DNA of 64,000 nt, from positions 4,878 to 68,877 of the forward strand of contig CAJXYI010000005.1 of NCBI GenBank assembly GCA_913063435.1, in the 5' to 3' direction. Under the pieces are notes generated by a model, which saw only the letters and a program-made list of their open reading frames with translations, was not told where the DNA came from and did not search any database. Origin of the DNA: an uncultured Actinomycetales bacterium. Its GTDB lineage: Bacteria; Actinomycetota; Actinomycetes; S36-B12. This document shows positions 7,560 to 15,923 of this stretch, piece by piece. Within the stretch, counting starts at the first letter, position 1, and each line of letters starts with the position of its first letter. Position numbers and translations under genes: made by a program.

Positions 7560-7814
7560 CTATGCGGCGACCGCAGAGGCTGCGGCTGGGACAGCAGCAG
7601 GTGCGGCAGCGGCAACCTGCGCGGTGGTGTTGCCGGCTCCGCTGACACCCTCGAGGTTGCTTGTGGCGCTATTGACATCTGCGTGAGTGGGGGGCTCCAC
7701 ACCATGCTCGCGCAAGATTGCTGCGCGCTCTTCAGGGGTGGTGACCGAGGTGACTTTGGCGTGCAAATCGGGGTTGCTGGCCATCGCATTCGCGGCGGCG
7801 ACGTAACTGTTCAT
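7560..7814 (-). CDS. RiPP precursor peptide, Nif11-like leader (84 aa)
   Basis: Sequence: MNSYVAAANAMASNPDLHAKVTSVTTPEERAAILREHGVEPPTHADVNSATSNLEGVSGAGNTTAQVAAAAPAAVPAAASAVAA. A GGAG lies 6 nt upstream of the ATG at 7814. The leader resembles the Nif11 leader family and ends in LEGVSGAG. It lies directly upstream of ycaO. Confidence 0.75.
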   Translation of the reverse strand: MNSYVAAANAMASNPDLHAKVTSVTTPEERAAILREHGVEPPTHADVNSATSNLEGVSGAGNTTAQVAAAAPAAVPAAASAVAA

Positions 7815-8101
7815 ACGCTGCTCCAAATCGAATAGGGGTGTGCAAGAAGATGCCACATGTTGGACGCGGTGACAAGGGAAAACTTTTGTTGGAAAGCATC
7901 TATCCCTTACTCGGGCATGACGCTACTCTTAACCTGCGAGGTGTTGCTCGGTGGCCGACGTCTGTAACGAGATGTTCACCTGGTTGACGAAGTGGAAGCA
8001 GATCCGGGGTTGTCATTGCGTCCGTCCGCCATCGTCACTACCGTGGTGCCTTCTGCACTTCGGTCGCGGTGCGACCAGAGCCTCCAGCGAGGAGCACCCC
8101 C

Positions 8102-8635
8102 ATGGATTTGCCGATCGGCTTGGAGGTCCACGACTCGGTGGTCCCGGATCCCGGGGGCGTCATAGAGCTCATCGCGAACCATCCACAGTGGCAGATCTCT
8201 CCGGTGGGAAAATCACCGACGACAAGTGAAACCCGAACGAGCAGTTCGCTGTTCCTGCCGTTCCTCTCTTTTGCTAATCCACCTGTTCTTCACGAATTTG
8301 CTCGCAGCGTGTGGTCGGTGATGACCGATTACGCACGTCGGTTCTCCGTGCCGATCACCAGCTTCGAGCCGATCAGTTTCAATCGTTATGAGCCCGGTCA
8401 GGAATTCCATGTTCACGCTGATTACTTCGAGGGCTCCAACCGGGTGATTTCCGCGGTCGCGTACCTCAACACCGTTGAGGAAGGCGGCATGACGAACTTC
8501 ATCTACTACGGGGTGGAGGTCGAGGCTGTCGCTGCACGCGTTGCGGTGTTTCCCTCGAACTTCTTGTTCGCGCATGCGGCCCTGCCGCCACAGGCAGGCA
8601 TCAAGTACTCGGCTGCCTTCTGGGCGCGCGGGTGA
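8102..8635 (+). CDS. 2OG-Fe(II) oxygenase, prolyl 4-hydroxylase-like
   Basis: FHVHADYF...NRVISAVAYLNTVEEGGMTNF...VAVFPSNFLFAHAALP...GIKYSAAFW gives the HxD...H facial triad plus a basic 2OG-binding residue. The ATG at 8102 is preceded by GAGGAG. The ORF-track start at 8069 is probably too early. Confidence 0.75.
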   Translation: MDLPIGLEVHDSVVPDPGGVIELIANHPQWQISPVGKSPTTSETRTSSSLFLPFLSFANPPVLHEFARSVWSVMTDYARRFSVPITSFEPISFNRYEPGQEFHVHADYFEGSNRVISAVAYLNTVEEGGMTNFIYYGVEVEAVAARVAVFPSNFLFAHAALPPQAGIKYSAAFWARG

Positions 8636-8675
8636 CGGCGCGGGCGATCAGCCAAGGAAGAGGAGAGGAAGACCG

Positions 8676-9494
8676 ATGACCCAGCAACCAGTGCAGGCGT
8701 CTTCCGCTACTGCCCCGCCGGCACCGGATGCCACCAGCGGGCCTGAGGATCTCGCCGATGTGCTCACCACGACCCGCCCACGAGGATGGCTCGCCTTGGC
8801 GACGGTCGCGGGGATCGTGGTGGCCGTACTCATCTGGTCCATCGTGGCCACCGTCCCGCAGCAGGTCTCGGTACAGGCAGCCATCTCGTTGGGTGCGTTG
8901 CGGACAACTGTCGTGTCGCCGGTGAGCGGGCAGGTGAAGGTGCTAGTGATCCAGGGCGAGTCAGTTGAGCAGGGTGCAAGGCTCGCTGCTGTCACATCAT
9001 TCGACGGCGGTCCATCAGTAGAGGTGAACGCCCCCTCGGACGGCACGGTAGGAACCATCGAGGTCAGCGATGGGCAGGGTGTCGAACCTGGCACTTCGAT
9101 CACGTCGGTCGTTCGGGAGCCGAATGCTCGATCGGGGACGGTGGTCGTGACGTTCCTGCCTTCCTCGCAAGCGGTGCTGTTCAATTCCGGGGATGATGTC
9201 GAGGTCATCGTGACCGATCTAGCGACAGCTCAGCAGGTGGCGATCCCTGCGAAGGTTCAGTCGATCGCGGTCAGCCCCTCGGATGTCGAGGCGATCACCA
9301 CGGAGACGGGTAGTCCGGCCTTCGCCAACGAATTGACGTCGCAGGGGAGCGGAGTGGTCTACCGGGTCAGCATGACCCTCACCGCTACGAGCCAGTCATC
9401 GCCGTCCGTCTCGGTCCAGCCGGGCGAGATCGTGCAGATCATCAATACGTACGCCGAGCCTCACCCGATCGATCTGCTCTTCGGTGGCCGTTGA
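8676..9494 (+). CDS. HlyD-family secretion adaptor (NHLM-type bacteriocin system)
   Basis: The ATG at 8676 is preceded by GGAGAGGAAG. There is an N-terminal TM helix (GWLALATVAGIVVAVLIWSIV) and a lipoyl-like hairpin (VVSPVSGQVKVLVIQGESVEQGARLAAV). The stop overlaps the next start (TGATG). Confidence 0.65.
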   Translation: MTQQPVQASSATAPPAPDATSGPEDLADVLTTTRPRGWLALATVAGIVVAVLIWSIVATVPQQVSVQAAISLGALRTTVVSPVSGQVKVLVIQGESVEQGARLAAVTSFDGGPSVEVNAPSDGTVGTIEVSDGQGVEPGTSITSVVREPNARSGTVVVTFLPSSQAVLFNSGDDVEVIVTDLATAQQVAIPAKVQSIAVSPSDVEAITTETGSPAFANELTSQGSGVVYRVSMTLTATSQSSPSVSVQPGEIVQIINTYAEPHPIDLLFGGR

Positions 9495-11707
9495 TGGCGC
9501 AGTCGCAGGCGCCACCGCTGCCTCGCATCTCAACCGGGAAACGGGTCCCGGTTCCTTCGATCCTGCAGCAGGCCGCGGTGGAGTGCGGCGCGGCCAGTCT
9601 GGGCATGATCCTCGCCCACTACGGCCGTTGGGAGACCCTCGAGCAACTCCGAAACGCCTGCGGTGTCTCGCGAGACGGATCGACCGCGATCAACATCGTG
9701 CGGGCCGCGGAAAGCTATGGACTCGAGGGTCAAGGGCATCGCGGCGGGATCCAGGATCTTCAGGGTCTCGCGATGCCGGCCATCATCTGGTGGCGGCGTT
9801 CGCATTTCATGGTGCTCGAGGGGGCATCCGGTGGCGCCTTTCACGTCAATGACCCTGCCCGCGGCCGTTACACACTCTCGACGGACGATTTCGCTGCCGG
9901 CTACTCGGGGGCAGCAATCACCTTCACGAAGACGGATCGGTTCACCAGAGGTGGTCATCGCTACCGGGTGGTGCCAGCCCTATGGGCGCGTCTGAGCAGT
10001 TCGAAGCCCGGTGTTGGCTTCGTCATCTTCGCCGGCATGCTCGCGATGCTGCTTGGTCTGATCACGGCGCCGCTCAGTCAGATCTTCATCAATGACGTTC
10101 TCGGTCAAGGCCGCAATGGAATCATCCCGGGCTTGGTTGCGGCCCTGCTCATGGTGGGCTTGTTCCGCGGAGGATTGACGCTTCTGGAATATGGCGTGAT
10201 CGCACGTCTGCAGCTCAAGACGACCCTGGTGGGATCAACAGACTTTCTCTCCAGGCTCGTCCGCCTGCCCTTGATGTTCTACCTGGAGCGTTCTCCTGGC
10301 GACCTATCGCAGCGGGTCGGCTATAACGGGCAGGTCGCTCAACTGCTGGCTAATCAGATGGCGAGTGCCGGGATCGCACTGCTCGGAGCGTTCGGATATG
10401 CGATTTTGCTTCTCTATTACAACGTGTGGATCGGACTGCTCGTCCTCGCGCTTTCCCTGATCAATGTCGTGGTCTTGCGCCTCGTCATGAGCAAGCGAAC
10501 GATGACCCAGAGTCGCCTGATCCGCAAGCAGAATGAGCTGCGAGGGTCGACCACGAGCGCGATTCAGGGCATTGAGACGATCAAGTCCACCGGCATGGAA
10601 GACGATGTCTTCACCACCTTGACCGGCCAGCAAAGCGACTACATCTCCGCGCAGTCGGTCTTGGCTCCGACCACGGCCGTATTGAATGCCGTCCCGGTGC
10701 TGTTGTTCTCGCTGACGACAGCGTCGATCCTTGTGCTCGGCGGATACTTCACGATTCTCGGTTCGTTCAGTATCGGCGCCCTGCTGGCGGTGCAAGCGCT
10801 CGCACTGAATCTCAACGCGCCCATCCAGACCTTGATGAGCACCGGTGGTCAGTTGCAGGTTGTGGTCTCCAGCCTCCAGGCACTCGATGATGTCGATGCC
10901 AATGCTGAGGATGGCCGATTCGATCGCCCGATCGTAAGAGCGACAGACGAGATACCTGAATTGGCCGGACGCATCACCTTCGAGAACGTCACCTTCGGCT
11001 ACAGCAGGCTCGCCGATCCCTTGATCAAGGACTTCAATCTCGATATCACCCCAGGTCACCGGGTGGCGCTGGTCGGTGGCTCCGGTGCGGGAAAGACGAC
11101 GATCGCCAACCTGGCCGCCGGTCTTTTCACCCCGTGGAATGGGCAGGTGCTTTACGACGGCACACCGCTAGCGGGATATCCGATCGGCATCATGGAACGT
11201 GCCCTCACGAAAGTGGACCAATCGATCGTACTCTTCGAGGGAACTGTGCGAGACAACGTCACACTCTGGGACAGCAATATCCCCGATGCTGACATCACTC
11301 GGGCGCTTGCTGACGCGCAGATTCTGACTGACATCCAAGCGCGCGATGGTGGTATCGATACGTGGGTCGATGAGGATGGCCGCAACTTCAGCGGCGGGCA
11401 ATGTCAGCGGCTGGAAATCGCCCGGGCATTGGTGACCAATCCATGGGCCATCATTTTGGATGAAGCCACCAGCGCGCTCGATGATGTCACCGAGAAACTC
11501 GTCGATGAGGCTCTGCGCCAACGGGGAGTGACGTGTCTGATCATCGCTCACCGACTGTCGACCATCCGCGACGCGGACGAGATCATCGTGCTGGGTCGCG
11601 GAGGAGTCGTCCTGGAACGAGGAACACATGGTGAGTTGATGGCGAGCGGCGGTGCATACGCGCAGATGGTGAGTGACGCAGGGGATGGTGGCAGTGTCGG
11701 AACCTAG
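9494..11707 (+). CDS. C39-peptidase-domain ABC exporter (PCAT; NHLM-type ABC1)
   Basis: The N-terminal C39 domain has a catalytic Cys (SILQQAAVECGAASLGMILAHYGR) and His (RRSHFMVLEG). This is followed by a 6-TM permease and an ABC ATPase (GGSGAGKTT, FSGGQCQR, IILDEATSALD). Confidence 0.9.
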   Translation: MAQSQAPPLPRISTGKRVPVPSILQQAAVECGAASLGMILAHYGRWETLEQLRNACGVSRDGSTAINIVRAAESYGLEGQGHRGGIQDLQGLAMPAIIWWRRSHFMVLEGASGGAFHVNDPARGRYTLSTDDFAAGYSGAAITFTKTDRFTRGGHRYRVVPALWARLSSSKPGVGFVIFAGMLAMLLGLITAPLSQIFINDVLGQGRNGIIPGLVAALLMVGLFRGGLTLLEYGVIARLQLKTTLVGSTDFLSRLVRLPLMFYLERSPGDLSQRVGYNGQVAQLLANQMASAGIALLGAFGYAILLLYYNVWIGLLVLALSLINVVVLRLVMSKRTMTQSRLIRKQNELRGSTTSAIQGIETIKSTGMEDDVFTTLTGQQSDYISAQSVLAPTTAVLNAVPVLLFSLTTASILVLGGYFTILGSFSIGALLAVQALALNLNAPIQTLMSTGGQLQVVVSSLQALDDVDANAEDGRFDRPIVRATDEIPELAGRITFENVTFGYSRLADPLIKDFNLDITPGHRVALVGGSGAGKTTIANLAAGLFTPWNGQVLYDGTPLAGYPIGIMERALTKVDQSIVLFEGTVRDNVTLWDSNIPDADITRALADAQILTDIQARDGGIDTWVDEDGRNFSGGQCQRLEIARALVTNPWAIILDEATSALDDVTEKLVDEALRQRGVTCLIIAHRLSTIRDADEIIVLGRGGVVLERGTHGELMASGGAYAQMVSDAGDGGSVGT

Positions 11708-14231
11708 CCCCTCCCGCGAGATCGTCTTGGCTCCTGGCTCCGCGCCGGTACAGGTGGGCACAGGGGTCGTAGATGTCTTTGCTCTGCGCTCCGATGGCGC
11801 GCGATACCCCTTGTGTTCATTATCTGAGGGACAGTGGATTTTTCCCGCTGCACAGGGCGATCTGCTCGCTGTCGCCAGGCTGGATTCCAGCCTCGCGACT
11901 CCGGATTCGGTACCCGACTCGATGGCCTTGACCGCATTCATCAAGGCATTGCATCCGGTGGTCCCGGAAGTTGATTCCGCGACTGAAGAGCAGTTCCCAG
12001 CGCTGCTCAGCCAGGGGATAGGCCGCCTTCTCGAAGCGGATTCCATCCGCCGGCGGCAGGCGGTCCTCGCCGATGCCGCCTTGTCGCAGGATGACGTAGA
12101 CCGCGAATCTGAACGAATTCAGTTCTCAGTGGAGACCGTCCAGAATCCTGCTAGTGCGATGGATGTGCTTCCCCTGGTCGAGGTCTTGGGTTATGTGGCC
12201 GCAGCAGATGGTTTCGCCATGAAGGTTCCGACGCGCGCTGAGATCCATCGGACGACTGATCCATTGCGATTGATCGCCCACCGATCGGGAGTGCGTTATC
12301 GCAAAGTCGCTCTCACAGGATCGTGGATCAAGGATGCGAGTGCAAATTACCTGTGCGGAGTAGTGCGCGACGGGAAACCGCACCCGGTCGCGTTGTCCAA
12401 ACACGGGTCTCGCTACTACATCCAAGAATCCGGGGATATTCGGGCGCGGCCGCTGGATGACGAGACCGTCAAGACCTTGGCTCCGGTCGCCTACGAGTTC
12501 TACGCACCTTTGAATCCCGACAGACCGGCGGGCATCACCGACGTGATCCGCCGTGGCCTCCACGGGTCCACCCGCGGTTGGGTGCTGGCAGCTGTGATGG
12601 GCCTGGCTGTAGCCCTACTGGGCCTGGTCACACCGCTGCTCACGAACTATCTCGTGGGTTCTGTGATCCCGCAGGGACGAGCGTCTCTCCTGCTGCAGGT
12701 AGGGGCTGCCCTCGCTGTGGCAGCGGTGGCTGCTTTCGTGTTTACCCTTGTACAGAGTTTCTCCGTTGCGGCTGTTTCCCAACACGCCACGCGAAATATG
12801 CAGGCAGCGCTGTGGGACCGGATGCTTTCCCTACCGGCCTCCTTCTTCCGGCGATTCAGCAGCGGTGATCTCACGGTTCGCGTACTCGCGGTGGATTCGC
12901 TGCAGAGCCTGGTGAGCGTGCAGGTCGTGACGTCAGCTCTGGCTGCGATATTCGGACTCGTCAACCTGGTACTGATGTTCGTCTACTCCCCTACTCTCGG
13001 CTTTATCGCCAGCGGGTTCCTGGCGGCGACCGTCATGGTCTTGATCCTGGGCATCCGCTACATCGCACGCTTCAGCACCCGATCGCTGACTGCGTCCCGC
13101 GATGCCAATGGCTATCTGGTGCAACTCCTGCGCGGGATCGTGAAGATCCGACTGGCGGGGGCTGAGGATCGAATGGAGTCGCAGTATCTGGAAATCGCAC
13201 GTCGGCAGGCTGTGGCGACAGCCGATCAGACGCTCGTTATCGGGCGGATCAGCGCATGGTTCATCTTCGCGATCTCTGCCGCGCCCGCGTTGTTCTATAC
13301 CGCAGTCGCCCTGGAATGGTCTGGTGGCAGCGCCAGTTTGACCACTGCGCAGTTCATGGCATTCACGAGCGCCTACGGGGCTGCCTTCGCAGCGATATCG
13401 GGGCTATCCAATCTCGTATCGCCGCTGGCGAATGCAGGGCCGACATTGAATCTCCTGCGTCCGATCATGGAGGAATTGCCTGAAACATCAGGTCAGGATC
13501 AAGACCCCGGGACACTTACGGGTCAGATCGATCTCCAAAACATACGCTTCCGCTACACACCCGATGGTCCGCTGGTGTTGAAGGATCTCTCCTTCAGTGT
13601 GGCACCGGGGGAGATGGTCGCGATTGTGGGACCTTCAGGGGCCGGTAAATCGACCGTCACGCGGTTGCTGCTCGGCTTCGACGCGCCTGAAGACGGGTAC
13701 GTGCTCTATGACGGCCGCAATCTTTCCGATCTCGACCCCACGTTGGTACGAAGCCAGATGGGTGTCGTGGTTCAGGAGGGCACCATTACCCGGGGCAGCA
13801 TCCTGCGCAACATCCTTGGTGCGACACAGGGCGATGAGGAACTAGCCTGGAAGGCAGCGAAGAAGGCGGCCTTCGACGAGGATATCGCCGCTATGCCGAT
13901 GAAGATGCAGACCATCGTCGACCCCGCCAACATCTCTGGTGGCCAAGCCCAGCGGATCCTGTTGGCGAGGGCACTTGTTCGTGATCCGCGGGTCTTGATT
14001 CTCGATGAGGCCACGAGTGCCTTGGATAACGCTGCGCAGGCGAAGATCACGGAGGCGATGAACCAGCTTCAGGCGACCCGGATCGTCATTGCACATCGGT
14101 TGTCGACCATCAAGGCCGCGGATCGGATCATCGTCATCAAGGCCGGCGTCGCCGTGGAGTCGGGAACCTACGACGACCTCATCGCCAAGGGAGGCGTGTT
14201 CCAAGAGCTGGTCAAGCGGCAGGTAGCGTGA
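11685..14231 (+). CDS. second ABC exporter of the NHLM-type system (N-terminal cNMP-binding-like domain, permease, ATPase)
   Basis: ~850 aa. Walker A is GPSGAGKST, the signature is ISGGQAQR and Walker B is VLILDEATSALD. A long N-terminal non-peptidase domain is present. The ATG at 11685 overlaps the end of ABC1. Confidence 0.85.
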   Translation: MVAVSEPSPSREIVLAPGSAPVQVGTGVVDVFALRSDGARYPLCSLSEGQWIFPAAQGDLLAVARLDSSLATPDSVPDSMALTAFIKALHPVVPEVDSATEEQFPALLSQGIGRLLEADSIRRRQAVLADAALSQDDVDRESERIQFSVETVQNPASAMDVLPLVEVLGYVAAADGFAMKVPTRAEIHRTTDPLRLIAHRSGVRYRKVALTGSWIKDASANYLCGVVRDGKPHPVALSKHGSRYYIQESGDIRARPLDDETVKTLAPVAYEFYAPLNPDRPAGITDVIRRGLHGSTRGWVLAAVMGLAVALLGLVTPLLTNYLVGSVIPQGRASLLLQVGAALAVAAVAAFVFTLVQSFSVAAVSQHATRNMQAALWDRMLSLPASFFRRFSSGDLTVRVLAVDSLQSLVSVQVVTSALAAIFGLVNLVLMFVYSPTLGFIASGFLAATVMVLILGIRYIARFSTRSLTASRDANGYLVQLLRGIVKIRLAGAEDRMESQYLEIARRQAVATADQTLVIGRISAWFIFAISAAPALFYTAVALEWSGGSASLTTAQFMAFTSAYGAAFAAISGLSNLVSPLANAGPTLNLLRPIMEELPETSGQDQDPGTLTGQIDLQNIRFRYTPDGPLVLKDLSFSVAPGEMVAIVGPSGAGKSTVTRLLLGFDAPEDGYVLYDGRNLSDLDPTLVRSQMGVVVQEGTITRGSILRNILGATQGDEELAWKAAKKAAFDEDIAAMPMKMQTIVDPANISGGQAQRILLARALVRDPRVLILDEATSALDNAAQAKITEAMNQLQATRIVIAHRLSTIKAADRIIVIKAGVAVESGTYDDLIAKGGVFQELVKRQVA

Positions 14232-14246
14232 TGAGCACGCGCTAGG

Positions 14247-15887
14247 TTACGCGCGAGTAAGGCGCACCGTGTCGGCATCGCCGGAGCGCACCAGGTCGAT
14301 ACGGATACCATCGGTGGTCATCGTCTCCCCCTCGTACAAGACCCAGTTGAGGTCCACATCGACCATCAACGGCATGCGAAGAATCCCGTGCCGGAGTTCT
14401 GGGGCGGCGACATAGTCGAGGTAGGCCCCTGGTCGCTGAATACGATTGACATCGATAGATGTATCGACGCGCATCACGGTGATCCCATAGAACCCGCGCG
14501 GCAGACCGGGCCAGCCGAAGTGGTCGGTGCTCCAGGTCGATCGTCTTCGCGACTCGATGATCAACGCTCGACTCTCCGATAGTCGCACGATGACTGCCTT
14601 CGTTCCCGGTTCCTGGGTGTCGATCGCGCTGAGGGTCACTTCATGCTGGCCGAAGTCGTCCGCATCGTGGTCGGCTCGTATGCAGTAGATCTCCGCAGTG
14701 TCCTGCCAGTCCATGGTCAGCCGCGACCAGGTGTTGAGGGTGGTCGCAAGGCCGTGCTGATTCGTCATGACATCCAACGGGTTTCCGTCCCAGGGTGCAT
14801 GCCCTGGGATGCCGTGGAAGTGCCCGAACTCGTGCACCATATACGACCACAGCGGCCGATCCTCCTCGTAGAGCCAGCGTCCTGTGGTGAACACCAGGAT
14901 GTTGCCGAGGTTCTGCGGGGACTGCACGATCATGTCGCGCACCACCATGTCGTAGATCGCCTGCACCGTCGGCGGATAGATGAAGACGATGGCCTGCACC
15001 CCGGTGAGATCGAGGCTAGCCGGAGCGCTGCGCAGCAGGTCCTCGGTGATCCACTGTGCGGTCTTGAATGGCCCCTGCGGTAGGTCGGGTGGCATCACGC
15101 CGTTGCGGAATGGATGGATCCACTGGTACTCGGTCGACGGCTTGCTCGCGCGAATCCACGACTCGGACGTGACGAAGTCATACGACACAGAGCCATCGGA
15201 GTAGTACTCGATCCACTCTGAGGCACGCTCGAGCTGGGGCGCCAACCAGGATCCCGGACTCACGTCACCGGGTACATCCGAGAAGTCGTAAGGCAGGATG
15301 GCGACCTTCGTGGCGCCCGAGGCGGGCAACGGGAGCGGTCTCGTCGCAGACGTCACGGGGTAGGCGATGGCCTCGGAGATGAGTGTGCCTCCGGGACCCG
15401 GCGGTCGTCCTCGATTGATACGGGTATCGGCGAGCCGGCAGGTGTCGATGGGCTCCGGGGACGGGGTGATGCCCGGGCTTATCGCATCGAGGCTCAACTG
15501 ACGCAGGACTCTCGCGCCGCCGGCTATGGCGCGGCATTCGAGATAACCGGCAGCGTTGTCGATGCGCTCACCGATGGTGGTGCAAGAGTCGCCGTCGGCG
15601 GGGGCTGTGACTGGAGGAGCCGGGGGCGACGGTTTCCTTGCCACGAGTCGCCAGCGCAGGTTGCCCTTCTTGCCGCGGCAGCGGTAGGTGATCCCGTCCT
15701 TCTCTCGCTTCGCGTGCCTTCGTTTGCACCGCTTGCCCTGCAGCTCAGCTGCGGTGATGGCCGGTTGCCAGATCGGTGCGACCGAGGTGCTCGCCGGGGG
15801 TGCGCTGACATCGGCTGCTGTCGGCATAGCGATCATCAACGCTCCAACGAGCAGCCCGACTCCCGCCGCGGTCCCCCGACCCCTCAT
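14247..15887 (-). CDS. secreted HEXXH zinc metalloprotease-like protein
   Basis: Signal peptide MRGRGTAAGVGLLVGALMIAMPTAADV and motif YMVHEFGHFHGIPGH. Convergent with the ABC2 gene. Confidence 0.65.
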   Translation of the reverse strand: MRGRGTAAGVGLLVGALMIAMPTAADVSAPPASTSVAPIWQPAITAAELQGKRCKRRHAKREKDGITYRCRGKKGNLRWRLVARKPSPPAPPVTAPADGDSCTTIGERIDNAAGYLECRAIAGGARVLRQLSLDAISPGITPSPEPIDTCRLADTRINRGRPPGPGGTLISEAIAYPVTSATRPLPLPASGATKVAILPYDFSDVPGDVSPGSWLAPQLERASEWIEYYSDGSVSYDFVTSESWIRASKPSTEYQWIHPFRNGVMPPDLPQGPFKTAQWITEDLLRSAPASLDLTGVQAIVFIYPPTVQAIYDMVVRDMIVQSPQNLGNILVFTTGRWLYEEDRPLWSYMVHEFGHFHGIPGHAPWDGNPLDVMTNQHGLATTLNTWSRLTMDWQDTAEIYCIRADHDADDFGQHEVTLSAIDTQEPGTKAVIVRLSESRALIIESRRRSTWSTDHFGWPGLPRGFYGITVMRVDTSIDVNRIQRPGAYLDYVAAPELRHGILRMPLMVDVDLNWVLYEGETMTTDGIRIDLVRSGDADTVRLTRA

Positions 15888-15923
15888 AGGGCCAGCCTAC
15901 CCATCGATTCCAACCCCGGACCA

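Noticed and set aside
7815-7856. 14-codon N-terminal extension of the precursor (MASSCTPLFDLEQR)
   Set aside because: The internal ATG at 7814 has a GGAG at ideal spacing that lies inside this extension. The Nif11-like homology begins only after it.
7951-8229. 92-aa ORF considered as a possible second precursor or small regulator
   Set aside because: It overlaps the start of the 2OG oxygenase gene in another frame. It has no leader-like or core-like features and no ribosome-binding site that I could see.
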